Shown: one piece after another, positions 12,314-24,841 of the stretch | Layout of the letters: each line of letters starts with the position of its first letter | Numbering within the stretch: position 1 is the stretch's first letter | Origin: Stylophora pistillata | Lineage: Eukaryota | Direction: 5' to 3' | Length of the DNA stretch: 64,000 nt | Assembly (NCBI RefSeq): GCF_002571385.2 | Contig: NW_019217846.1 | Location: 606,405-670,404, forward strand | The notes under the pieces: generated by a model | Databases searched by the model: none | Seen by the model: the letters and a program-made list of their open reading frames with translations, nothing else | Told to the model about the DNA's origin: nothing | Program-made: the position numbers and the translations under genes

Positions 12314-15300
12314 CACAGTATCGAAAAATGAATTTTCCACTCCAAAAGCTGCTTCGGCGAGAAATAGGAGAAAAATTCCAAGAAATAATCTAAGACGATA
12401 GTGATGTTTTAGAAGATATTTGTTAAGAGTACCAAAACTTATCTCTCCTTGAAACAGATCGAGCTAATTTATAGTAGTGTTTACTTGTAAAAAGGAACTG
12501 AAAATCAGATAACTAAGTATTTATGAAGGAATAGGGCTTTTTGCCGACACTAAAGGGTCTACGGATTTTTTTTTAGAAATAACTAATATTTATGACCCTG
12601 TTGCGCCGGCGAGAAAAACCGTTTTCTTCTCATAATCATAAAAAAGTAATTTTCGCGTTTAGCAGAAAGGCTTAAGTTGGAATGTAACATAGGTTAAAAA
12701 AAAAAGTGAGAATCTTTTTTCTGAAAATATTATATTTCCTTCTTATTTTTAGTTTTATTTTTCACAAGTGCCTATTTTTCTTAACTAGATGGGAACAAAA
12801 ATTTTCCCAATTCCGACAAACGAAGGAACAATTTTTTAACTTATTTGAAAAGAGGTGTGATTTGTTTTCATCTGTTTCCAGGTTTCACTCCAGATTGTAA
12901 ATTATTATTAATATTTTACATTAAAGTATTGAATGAAACCAATATTTCTCAGTGTTTTTACTCGCTTATCGCTGGATGGAGATCACCTTTAATCTATTTA
13001 TCTTTGCTTCCCATTTATCTTTGATCAGCCTTTGGTAGACGTCTGAGCAATTAACTATGTATACAAACAGGTAAATTAAAGGTGTTCTACGTTGCCTTTT
13101 TGGCTGCGTATTCGAACTAGGACAACCCTATGTTCACACTCCTTTCTATGATACGCGAAACATATGCAATGGGTACCTCGAGAACAAGAACTTTGGGAAT
13201 TCTTAGAGAAGTATATGATCCATCGACAATATTGCGATGGCAGTTTCGGTTGTTTAATAAAATGCACACAACCTTTTTTCAACGCATTATAAGCACTTTT
13301 GAAATACATTTTTAATTCACAATTTGGTTTCGTCTATGGGGACTTGCTCATTTATTACTGATTACTTACAGACTATGAATTAATCAAAATATGAAAATAA
13401 AGAAGATCAAAAAACGGTTGGGGTTGTATTTTTATAGAGCCTAATTATTGTATGTAGTGGTTTCAAACGTTTGAAAACAAAAGCAAATGGAATTAGTCCT
13501 TCTGGGGATAAAAAGAGCCTTTCCTCTGAAAAGTAAACTTCTATCTTGAGCTGAGACAAATTAATGAAGTAATAATGCATTTTCTATACCTGTATGGGAA
13601 TCATGTCTAGATATTCTGGAATGAAAAATATGAAATTACTCAAAAATTCACACAGGACAGATAAGCATTTTTAAAATGTTTCATCTCAACCATCTCTATG
13701 GTTGAAACTTAGGCTTTTTTTCAACGCCTTTTGGAATTTGATTCATGCAAACTGGGTGAAATACAGTTTTACTCTCTGGCATAGTTCTTTCAATTCCCTT
13801 AAATTTAAACTCAATATATTTAAGATCAGATAATTTATGTTGGTATATGTGAAAATTCTCATTCAATTCATTTACCCTTTTGCCTTTCTAACCTCAGTTA
13901 TTTCCCCAGCTTAAACCAGATTGCTATAAACTTGTTTCCTACCGAGAAACAGCGCCATACTTGTGAGAGAAAGCTCAGCGAATCAGCAGTCCAGATCATA
14001 GCAATATATATGTTCTCATCTGATACAGAAGGGCTTTGATTTTCATTTTAAAGATCTTCAACAGATGCAGGCTGTTTGAACAGTGAAATGACTCTGGACA
14101 GCTCGTTGAACTCTCGATCAGGCAAATAGATGAGGGATCTCATAAGTTCTATTTTCGCTGGACAGCTTGAAATTTAAATTGAAATTGAGTTTAAAAAAAA
14201 ACCGAAATCAAGCTTATATGTTTTCCAACCTTATTGTTAGAGAAAAATCATGCCACTGAATTATTACCACATAACTAGATATACAGGGGCTGGAATTTCA
14301 GAAAGCTAATATGACGAGATTGCTTATCGCTTTATCGGCTTTCAAATATAAAACTATTACTGACCTTCATTTCGTGGCTTGTTTTAATTTATCAACGTTA
14401 GATTAACTGAATTTGGCTACAACGAGGTAGCTTAGAGCCATTAGATCAAAAATAACGATATGGACAAACCAAACAGAGGCCGTAATTTTTTTACATTCAT
14501 TTCCAATTGCTGATTTTTATCATTATAAATTTAGTAGGAAAGTTGTAGAAAACCCCTTTAAATATGAAAACCAGTAAAGAAACTCAGCGGGGAGTCGTTG
14601 TTTTACCAGATCCAATTCTGAAAACTGTTTTTGTTACAAAAGATCACCTTTCTATTTGTGATTGCTTTTGTAATTTACTTTTATTATATTTACAATTCTT
14701 AAATTCAAATGAAAAAAAACGTGATTTCATTTCAGAAATCATTGCACGTACAGAGAGAACTGTTTTCTTTTTTTCGTGCGGTTTAGAATTGATGGATGAG
14801 GTACATTTTTTCGTTGAGTAACTGTAAGATACTATCTCGTTTGAATCTCTTCATTTAAGAGCAAAAAATGCGTTGATTTCTTCCTGGGTAACAGCGGATA
14901 AAAATCGATAAAATGTAAGAAGGAATTACCAAAAATAATGCATTTGAGTAGTCTTCGAAATGATGCGCGCGCGTTTTTAATATTTTTGTTTTTTCGATGA
15001 AGGTCGAGAACTTGGTATAGCGCACGTATGTGTTTTCTGTGTCAAAATCTATACGGATTCATACCCCCGCCTTTGTGAAAAGATGCGAGGAATCGAATGG
15101 AGGAGTTTAAGACTCGATGATCCGTACTGAAATGACAGCTAAAATGATGATATGTCAATAAAAGATGAGCTGTAAGCTGAAAGTATTCCCTGCAACTGAA
15201 TAAATAGCCGATACGTACAGGTTTCGCTACTTTGTATTTTCGCTTGAAATTAAGTCTATACGTAGATTTACTGCATAGCTTTTGGTACTTCGACGTTGCT

Positions 15301-16422
15301 AGGCTACCTATTTCCGATTCGATTTACCGAAATCACACACAGGCACAAAAAAAATCCGGTATTTATCTGCAAACTATTTCTTGATCAGAATTATAAAACA
15401 TTATGTTTCCAAGAGTAGAAAAAGCTTTTGAATATTTAAACATAGGTGCGGCTAGCTTTAGACATTTAAATTCTGTTTCCCAGCTGCAAAAACAACGGTG
15501 TGAGGTCGCCATTTAATCTTTCAAATTATGCGATTGTTGAATACGCTCGATTCCTTTTTATGTTTCTATCTGAACATTGTTTCTTTTTTCTGTCTTACTT
15601 TCTTGTTGCTATCAACGACAGTTTATCTAAAAGTACGTGTTAAACAATCTTCCTTACAGTTAATTTCAAGGCACTCACAGCGTTTGAGAAATGAAATTAT
15701 TCTAACGTTCCATATAGCAGTATAAATAAAAATAATCCCAGTTAAATTATGCATAGCCCAATCTATTTTTCGCACCAATTTTTCGTCGCCTTGAGACTCG
15801 AAAAAAGACATTGAAAGAACTCTGAGTAATTCAATTTAATTTCCCTCTCCGCTCAAGTAACACAAAGCATTACCAGTATTTATCTTTCGCTGATGATAAC
15901 TGTTGATCTTGGTTCTTTTAAAAGTGTTTTTCCGTGGAAAGCACTGCCAATGAAAACCGCCAAAAATTCTTGAGCGATTATTTGATGAGGCCTTTATGAA
16001 AGGCATCATTGTCACTCCCACGTATTGACAACTCCCACAAATCATTGTTTTCATGACATCTATGAATTTGTAAATGTAAATCTCGTTCTACAGTCTATAA
16101 ACAGTTGGCCTTGACTGTTTACACTGAGACCAAGGTGGTTTAAAGTGCTCCAAATTATATTATTTTCACGCAAGGCTACTCCAGTCGGAGCAATCGTCAC
16201 CTCATTCGGCGCGATCGTTCTTGGCGTTAAGGACGTGGTCAACTCGATGACTCAAATTAACTTCTCCATATGAACGTTACAAGATCATGATCTCTTCGTT
16301 CTTCGAGGGCCCTCGCTGAGATTTTACTCCACAGAGTCAAAGATTATGTTGATTTTAACGGCGTAATCCCAAAGGTTTACTGGTACTTTTGGCTCAGTCG
16401 AGATTAACCTTTGCGCTTTGGA

Positions 16423-19400
16423 ATGGAGAAGGGAAAATTATCCAGTTCAGCGTATGACGATTCGTCGAAGCAATGTCAGAAATTCGAGGGAGAATCAATA
16501 AATTTGGCTAAAAAGATCTTAAATACAGTTGACAAGGACCTCGTCATCCCGAAATTATCCTTCTTTTTCTTTTTCATGGCAACCGGCGCTTTCCTTCCGT
16601 ATCTTGGCGTGTTTTACAAGCAGTTGTGGCTTACAGCTCGACAGTCTGGTATTCTGCTTGGAGTTCGCCCTTTTGTGAAAATGTTATGCTCGCCTCTCTG
16701 GGGAATGGTCACGGATGTATGCAACAAGCCGAAGCTCATTCTACTTGTGTCCATTCTGGGAACAACTGTGGCCCATTTCTCGCAAAGTATAGTCTCGCCG
16801 TTTCATTTGCCTTGCTACCCTGATGTGAACATAACAAACTTTAGCAAAATCCGGTCTAACTTATTCGCTCAATACTCGGTTGATCGATCGTCGCGACAAA
16901 GTGGCTTCCCAGCCACTAATACAATTTGGCAAGGAAAGTCTCTCACAAAAGGTGCTGACGAAACAAATGAATCATCAGCTGAAAATGCCAGTATTGCAGT
17001 TCGAGGGTCTGTGGCGACAGAAAAATTCCTAATAGATAATGATTTTGACAAACAGAAAGAGCTTGGGAAGGACATGCATCCCTTCGATTATGGGACAGCT
17101 CAGAAAGAAAGCATGGAAAACACCGGACCAAGGCACGAAGATAAGCCGCGACAAATCACTGAGGCAAATTCCAAAATATTGACAAAGAACAAGAAACGCA
17201 AGAATCCTAACATGAAGAATGATTTCCGTGTGAAAGATAATCAAAGTATTTTTGCAACTTTGCTGGTTATTGTGTTTCTAGGTGAATTTATTGCTGCACC
17301 AGCACCAATGCTGACTGATAGCGGAACACTCGGTATTCTGAGTGGCAGGGAACACCAATACGGCCGACAAAGGCTGTTTGGTTCCGTAGGCTGGGGAATC
17401 GGTTCTTTGTTGTCAGGGGCTGTGGTGACAGCTTTCAATTCATGCCCTTACGAAGACAGTATAAACTATGTGTCGTGCTTTTACGTATTTGCTGGAGCGA
17501 TGATTCTCGACTTCTTTGTCGGCCTGTTCTTCAATTTCGTACCAGCGCCCTCTAAACAGGATGTTTCTAATATGGAAAACGAGTTTTTCAAGGGACTTAA
17601 GATATTTTATAACCTGAAGAATGGAGCCTTCATCTGCACACTGCTGTTCCTTGGGTTCTCCCACAGCCTGCAGCTCTCTTTCTTGTTTTGGTTCCTTCAA
17701 GACATTGGCGGAACACCGATCCTTTTCACCATCATTGTTGCAGTAAATTGCCTGTCTGAGGTAGTGATGTTCTTCCTTGCCACTTACTTTGTGCAGAAGA
17801 TCGGCCACGACGCCGTCCTCTATACAGGGCTTGCCTGCTATGGGTTACGATTTTTGCTCTACTCGTACCTTAATGAACCATGGTGGGTTTTGCCCTTAGA
17901 AGCTTTGCAAGGCTTCACATACGGAGGAGTTTGGACAGCAAGTGTTGCATAGGTTGGACCGCAACCAGGTGAGGAAAACAGTTTGTGTTCAGCAATTTGT
18001 TACAAGAGTCGCCTGTTTATTTAAGATAAAATATCACGCTTCCCAAGATTCGATTTCCTAAGCTTAAGCAAGTTTCGAATCTAGTTACCATTATTTCGAT
18101 TTAATATTTCATTTTTTGTTTGATTACCTACGTGCTCCAGAGAAATAGAGAAAGCTAAATTTTCAAAAGCTGACCGCATCGCCCCAATATTTTTTGTTCT
18201 TTTCAAAAGAAATAAGATCAAACAAAACTAGTTATTCTCCCGGTCAGATTATTTGTTTTCGTTTCCGTTATAAGATACCGGACCTCATGCAAGGAAGTTG
18301 TAAACGCCAACGTAGAAAATTTTCAGTGGTCAATAATTTAAAAACACCAGTCACTCATTCACTTGAACTGGATCAAAAAGACCTTCCCGGATATTAGATT
18401 AACATTTAAGGTAAAGAAACTGTCATGAAATTGGAAACATTTTCCAGGTTGAAGGAAAATTTAAGTTTTTTAGTGCATATAGAGCCCTAAAAATGTTTCT
18501 TATTTATAAAGAAGTTTTAATTAGTGTCAAAGCTAAGGAAACTTTTTTTGTGAGTCACCACCTCTAAACATAAATGAGATTCTTAAATTTTGCAACACCC
18601 GCTCATCACACTTAGAGGAAAATTTACTTTTTAAGCTAATCAATTTGTCTAAGAACTAAAAACCATTAACTGTATCACTAAACCAACACCTCATGCCATA
18701 ATGAAGCTTTGGCCCTAACGAATAAACTAAGCCGCCGTTATTAAAATTACTAGCTATTATTCAAATTAGTTTACCCTCGAACGCAGAGGCTCGTTTCAAT
18801 AGGTGTAGGGTTTTTGTTAAGATTTTCTAATCTAGTTTCAGCTTAACTACACGCCCTTTTCATCTAGTTGGAATTATTTTGATGGAATTTCCGTGGGCGC
18901 GTTGCTAAGATACTATATGAATGACTTTATTCTTTAATTTCAAACTGAACTGAGGTAGTGAATAATTGATACTTTCTTCATAAGCTTAATCCTGCTTTTT
19001 CTTTTTAAACCACTCATCAACTCATTTCTTGTCTTTTCCGGAGCATCTGGTTTCTTTACCCTAGTTCTTTTTCAAAGGAAGTTAATTGATATTCTTTCCA
19101 TCTGATTTGCATCGCCTGCCTCCCCCACATAAAACCAATTATAAAAGGCATCGTTTATAGGCCGTATGCTTTATAATTTAGCTGTCTTGGCCGCTTGTTA
19201 ATAAGTAATGGCGAAGAAAATTTTCTTTCCTTTAGAGATTGCAAATCTTCATACAAGCGGAGAAAAAAATCATTTTCAAATATTTTCTCTCAATTATTTT
19301 TTTCCAATTCAAACTGAACAAGACAACCCCGGAAAGCTAAAAAAATCTAATTTACAGTTTTAACGAATTTCTGAAACGAATACTTAGAATGAGGTGAAAA

Positions 19401-20576
19401 AAGCAATTTTCAACACTTTAACAATTAGCCGCAGTTGGTGTTTCCGTGAAGTTTCAGTACATTTATCTGTTATATCGATGATATTGAACAAGAGTCTCTG
19501 GCCCCCATGAGAAATATGCGAGGAGACCCGCGGTTGGTCTATGATAGAGCTGACCAGATTTGCGTGATCGTTGGCAAACAGGCTTTCTCCACAAAAAACC
19601 CTTATCAAAAGAATATTTTGTAAAGATTTTTAAGTAAGGAAGCTCATATATCTGAAAATTTAACAAATCAGTTGAAGTTATCTTCATCACAGTGATTTTA
19701 CTAAGATTCTTATAAAATATGTCGAATTTAAAACAAAAATCTTGTCTAAGGTATGGTCAGTGTGTGAAAGAAGCTCGCGTTACAATTTCCCGTCTTAACA
19801 TTCAGCTTTTTTTTAATCTGGTATCTTCATTGAAGTTCAGATCTGAACCACGGCATCGCATCGCGTGCAAAGTGTGGCCATGTGGTTTCTTATCGATCAT
19901 CGGTTTTTTTATGGTCATCATCACGAAATATCAAGTCAAGCATAGTGCAGAAAAACCAAAGAAACATTCCCAAAAAAAATACAACAAGCAATTGCGTAAA
20001 AAAAAAAAAGATCATTATTTATTTCACTTGTTGCTGGATAACAAAACACTTCACAGATCAACGAGCAAAGTTGATTTTCATCTAGTAAATTATTTTGTCT
20101 GTTAATTATACAGTAACAAAAACAATTTTTCCGATTACATTTGTTATGATATCAAGGCTTTCAAGATTTAGCTGATTGAAATCAACCTTGACCTTGAATA
20201 TCCAATAGCTCACGAAAATCTCATCTGGTACGATAAGACTATAAGAAAATAAAGTTCTTTTTTGATTCACTCTACTCTTTATTTATTTCCAGGCTCCGGA
20301 GCTACTATCCAAGGCATAATTCACGGGGTGTACTGGGGTCTAGGTATGGCAGTGGGCGGAGTCATTGGTGGGTTGATGGTTCACTCGATTGGCGCACGTT
20401 TGACATTTCGCCTTGAAGCGGCTTTGTCCTTTGCAATTCTTGTTCTGTTCTTCGCGATCAACAATTTCCATCAAAAAAGTTCTCAATATTCTCAGATTCC
20501 CTCTGAGCCTGTTCAGGACCCAGACGATGACCAAGAGAGTGCTATAGATGAAGACAGAACAGGGGACGCTAAATGA
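16423..20576 (+). CDS. MFSD6-like major facilitator transporter, copy 1, with an in-frame TAG at 17950-17952 (nonsense allele, young pseudogene or sequence error)
   Basis: Exon 1 is 16423-17968 (G|gtgag) and exon 2 is 20293-20576. Motifs KLSFFFFF..GAFLPYLGVFYKQL, YGRQRLFGSVGWG, FLFWFLQDIGG, PWWVLPLEALQGFTYG and ATIQGIIHGVYWGLGMAVGGVIGG are typical of MFSD6. Confidence 0.85.
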
Positions 20577-23070
20577 AGTAATTTATCCACAAAATTTTAG
20601 TTATCTACTAATTTATTTGACTTATTTATTCATTAGAACTCATTGACATAAGAATTTCTCAAGGGATTATAAAATATTAGGGTAATTATGTTTTAAAAAG
20701 TTTCCAGAGGAATACAGTATATTATTTTTAAATCATTATAAATTTCGATATCCAGGGAAACGTTTTGATTTTTGTAAGCAAATATGGAACAGAACAAAAT
20801 AAGGTTAACTGAACATCATGCTAAATATATTCGGAATGCACAAGTTCGTTTTTATCAAACATTTTACCTTTATTTTCTGTTAACACATTTCAGATAAAGT
20901 TTGATCTATGCTTTGCCATAAGCAAAACTATAATTGTGACTTTACCACTGAAGAAAGAAAAAAAAATGGAAATTATCATTTGAATTTTTGAATTATTGAG
21001 GAACTCTATCAAAACAGGTATTAGACGGTATTACGTTCACTGAATTCTTAACTGCCTCCTCGATTTTGTGAGAGGGAAAAATATGGAATTAGTGAAAACA
21101 TTTAACAGGTTACATTTGTTATTTTAAATGAATTATCCAAGGGGCAGATAAATCATGAATCTAATTTATAATACCTCTGTTTATGCTTGGTTTCAATAGC
21201 AAATCCTACACCCAATATCTTGGGATTGGTACATCATAGGGTTAGTACGAAAGTAAAATTTGTACGATCTATCATTCTTCCTGTATAAGTGTTAAGATTT
21301 CCTTAAACATCTCTCCAGTTCAAAACTGAGCAGTTTTTTCGTCGTTTCCAAGATAAATCCATCCATAAGCAGCCGGAAAAATCTCAGTCAGATCGAAAAG
21401 GAAGGTTTTGATAATGTTAATGGTGTTATGTGTAATTATGCATTTCTGTAGTAAATAAGTTTCTGTCGTTAGTGTACTTGTGAAAATTCGCAGATATATG
21501 TAGACTGACTTTCACAAAGAAGAATTTTCTAATCTTTGGAAGAGGGTGCAGATCGAGGCATTAAATTTAGTATGTGGAAAACAGAAGTGCTTTAAATATC
21601 TACGATACATGTACCGTACAACCAACAAATCGGGAAAAAAGTAGGCAAATTTTCTATGGAATATATCAAAAGACCTGTGTTATGCACTTCTCTGCATATT
21701 GAAAAATGAAAACTGTTCGCGACCCGCCAATATTGCTATTATTTGTCTCGTTACGCATCTCTGAATAAAGTGCCGCTTACAGTGTGGGCCAATTATCTTT
21801 TGTTACAATTAGTGTAACATCTGATGACCAAACTGTTAGTTCTCAGGATAAGTATAAGCCATATTTTCTCGTGCTTCTAATTTTGGAAAGTTCCCTGCTG
21901 GACAGGTGCACGTGCTTACATAAACTTTTCTTCTGGATAAGGGGGTAGCTTGTTTTAGGCGCTAATTTAACGAGGCTCGATCATAGTGCAAGGAGAAAAA
22001 AGGAGGAGTGTTTAATACGATTCAAGATGTGTCTGTTACGGGAGAAGAGAGTTCTGTTTTTATTTTCTTTTTTGAACCATACTTGCCTTGAACGAAAACC
22101 GGCGGAAAAAAAACCACTAAATGCAAGTTACAGACCTCCTCCTTTTATCGTCTAAAAGGCTATTGTCGCCCAGAATAGACAAGTTTTAAAGAGTTTGTTA
22201 GGTCGATAGCCAATTAATTTTTAAATTTGACTTATTATTGTCTAGAAGATGATGAAAGGGATTTACCAACCGCCGAAGAGAATTTGAATGGCGAAAATTT
22301 CTTGCTTTCGCCCTTCTCATCGGTGCTCGAGTCATCATTAATAAAAGTCTTTGATTTCAGTTTGAGAAAGAAGTTATTGGTTTCTTTCTTAGTTTTTATT
22401 TTCAGCCGATGATAAAATTATTGGGGAAGGGGAATGCTGGCAAAGATTTCCGGGCTACTAGAAAGGAGCTAGAGGAGAAGGTGACATGTGAAACTAGCCG
22501 AACGTCGATGATCAATTTTTCTGCCTTACAGAAGCTTAAAATATTACTCGTCTCGGGAATTTTTTTCAGACTATGCAGGATTCGGAGCAGCTCCATTACT
22601 TCGACTGCAACGCAATGGTCAAACGTCTGCGCAAGTGAGCATGTACTATATATCATTGAAACGATAACAAAATGGCCCGTAAACTTGCTTCTAAACTGGC
22701 AGAACCAAGTTGCCTTACTGGAGCTAAAAACAAATATACTGAAGCAAGAAAGTCACGAAGTTTCAGTATTCATTTCAAACATGACCGCTAGGTCTTGTTC
22801 ATAGCAGTTGCTCTGGGTACACAATCGTATATTTGGCGTAAGCAAGACACATACCGGTATCCCTAAATTTTCGGGAGAGCCCCAAGAAATTTTGTCGCGA
22901 TTGAGGGATCAGTCATGTCATTATTCACCACCTTCGAAGGGGGGTCGCCGAGAGAGTATATAAGAGAAATTACAGAAAATCTACTGCCGTTTAACTGCTA
23001 AAGAGGGTAGAACATAACAGAGCCTTAAGGGGGGATCAAGCGAATTATATCGTGTCACAACCAAAATCCT

Positions 23071-23380
23071 NNNNNNNNNNNNNNNNNNNNNNNNNNNNNN
23101 NNNNNNNNNNNNNNNNNNNNNNNNNNNNNNNNNNNNNNNNNNNNNNNNNNNNNNNNNNNNNNNNNNNNNNNNNNNNNNNNNNNNNNNNNNNNNNNNNNNN
23201 NNNNNNNNNNNNNNNNNNNNNNNNNNNNNNNNNNNNNNNNNNNNNNNNNNNNNNNNNNNNNNNNNNNNNNNNNNNNNNNNNNNNNNNNNNNNNNNNNNNN
23301 NNNNNNNNNNNNNNNNNNNNNNNNNNNNNNNNNNNNNNNNNNNNNNNNNNNNNNNNNNNNNNNNNNNNNNNNNNNNNNNN
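23071..23380. other. Assembly gap (310 N)
   Basis: Run of N. Confidence 1.
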
Positions 23381-23446
23381 GTAGAAACTCATTTTTTAAT
23401 CGACGTCTTCTGTGGCGTTGCCGTCCTGACTGCTTAAAGTCTCTTT

Positions 23447-23815
23447 TAGGGGACTTAAGAAACCACGACGGCGACGCCAAGGAAGACTTCGATTAAAAAA
23501 TGAATTTCTAATCTTAGTTAGAATTTCAAAAATGGCTGCTGGAGCTTACTGTCTCATACAGCGCCACAGCTCAACTTCAGCATGACGTATAAAGTAGCCG
23601 TTGAGTTCCAAATGGAAATTAAAATAAATTGCCGTCGCGGTTTCGGTTCGCAGACGATGTAAATTTTGGCGATTTCACGTTGTTGTTTTGCATAGGACGG
23701 CTAAGAAATGTACAAAGTTTCAAAACGCACGTGCTGAGCTATCGTTCTGCCAATGAGATCTCTTGTTTTTCCACGTCCTCGTTGCCGTCGCCGTCGTGGG
23801 TTCTTAAGCTCCCTG
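23447..23815. mobile_element. MITE with TIRs agggg/gagcttaagaa(a/c)ccacgacggcgacg
   Basis: The left end ggggacttaagaaaccacgacggcgacgccaagga is inverted at the right end as tcctcgttgccgtcgccgtcgtgggttcttaagctccct. A related partial copy lies just upstream (23381-23445). Confidence 0.7.
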
Positions 23816-24841
23816 TTGTTTTCTGTGTTGCCACTGTGACGTCATCTATGATCTATTATTGTACATTCTCAATATGGAGACTATTTGTTAAGTTAGGGTA
23901 ACTTGTAAATTGTGTTTGGTGATAGTACTCATTTCCTTAACTCATTTATTTCTCATTTGTTAGCAGTGATTCATCTGTAAATATCGAATTATTTACTCAA
24001 TTATAACAATAAATTTTCCAAATTCGCTGAAGAAGTATGGCTATCAATATAAACAGTGATATAAAGGAATGTATGTCAGGAGACAACCTTTTCTAGAAAA
24101 TGCAAATTTACGCTGTTTGAAATGTTTCAGGTGTTGGACAGCGTTTACGAAACACTGCAGCAGGAACAATAGAAGGCCTCAGGGGTAGAATAACTGGATC
24201 AATTCTTAATTGTATTACTGGAAGCTAAAAATACTGCTCCTAAAAATTATTTTCCTTCGTTTGCATGCCTGAAAATTGTAAAATGTTGGGAAATGTTTGA
24301 AAAAAATCGTCAGATTAAAGTAAATTTCACTTGGTTTAAATAGTAATATGTTATACTAGTGAACAACGATAAAAGAATTCAGCTTACGGTTGATAAAAGA
24401 TTTTATGATTTTGGCGCAACTAATTAGCAAAATGACTGGCTTGTTATTAAAAATCATTAAAATGTTAAAGCCGCGAAAACAACTTGAACGCCTCTCTTCA
24501 AAATCAAACAAGTACCTGCATTTCTCGTACAGGCTTTATCATGCCTTGTTATGCTTTGTTTACTTTTCTTTGCGAGCATCATCATCTTCAAACACTGACT
24601 CTACTTTCTTCGTTGCCACTTTGTTGACACCAGTCGAGCTGATTAGCCTGCGGTTGACTGCCCGTGAATGAATAAATATGAGACGTATATTAACATATTG
24701 TGTTACAAAGGGAGACAGACGTTTCATTCTTGCATGCTAATGTGATTACCAACGTCGGTGACAAGAGAGTAGAGTTTGTTTTCGATTTCTCGAACAGTTT
24801 ACAAAAATGTGAGCGTGTTAAGAGCAAGTGTGTTTCTTCGA

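Noticed and set aside
17950-17952. Selenocysteine or pyrrolysine recoding
   Set aside because: The codon is TAG, not TGA; the homologous residue is Tyr; animals lack pyrrolysine machinery.
18000-23000. Short ORFs in the MFSD6 intron and intergenic DNA (e.g. 19719-20105, 22409-22804)
   Set aside because: No recognisable motifs or exon chain; consistent with chance ORFs in AT-rich DNA.
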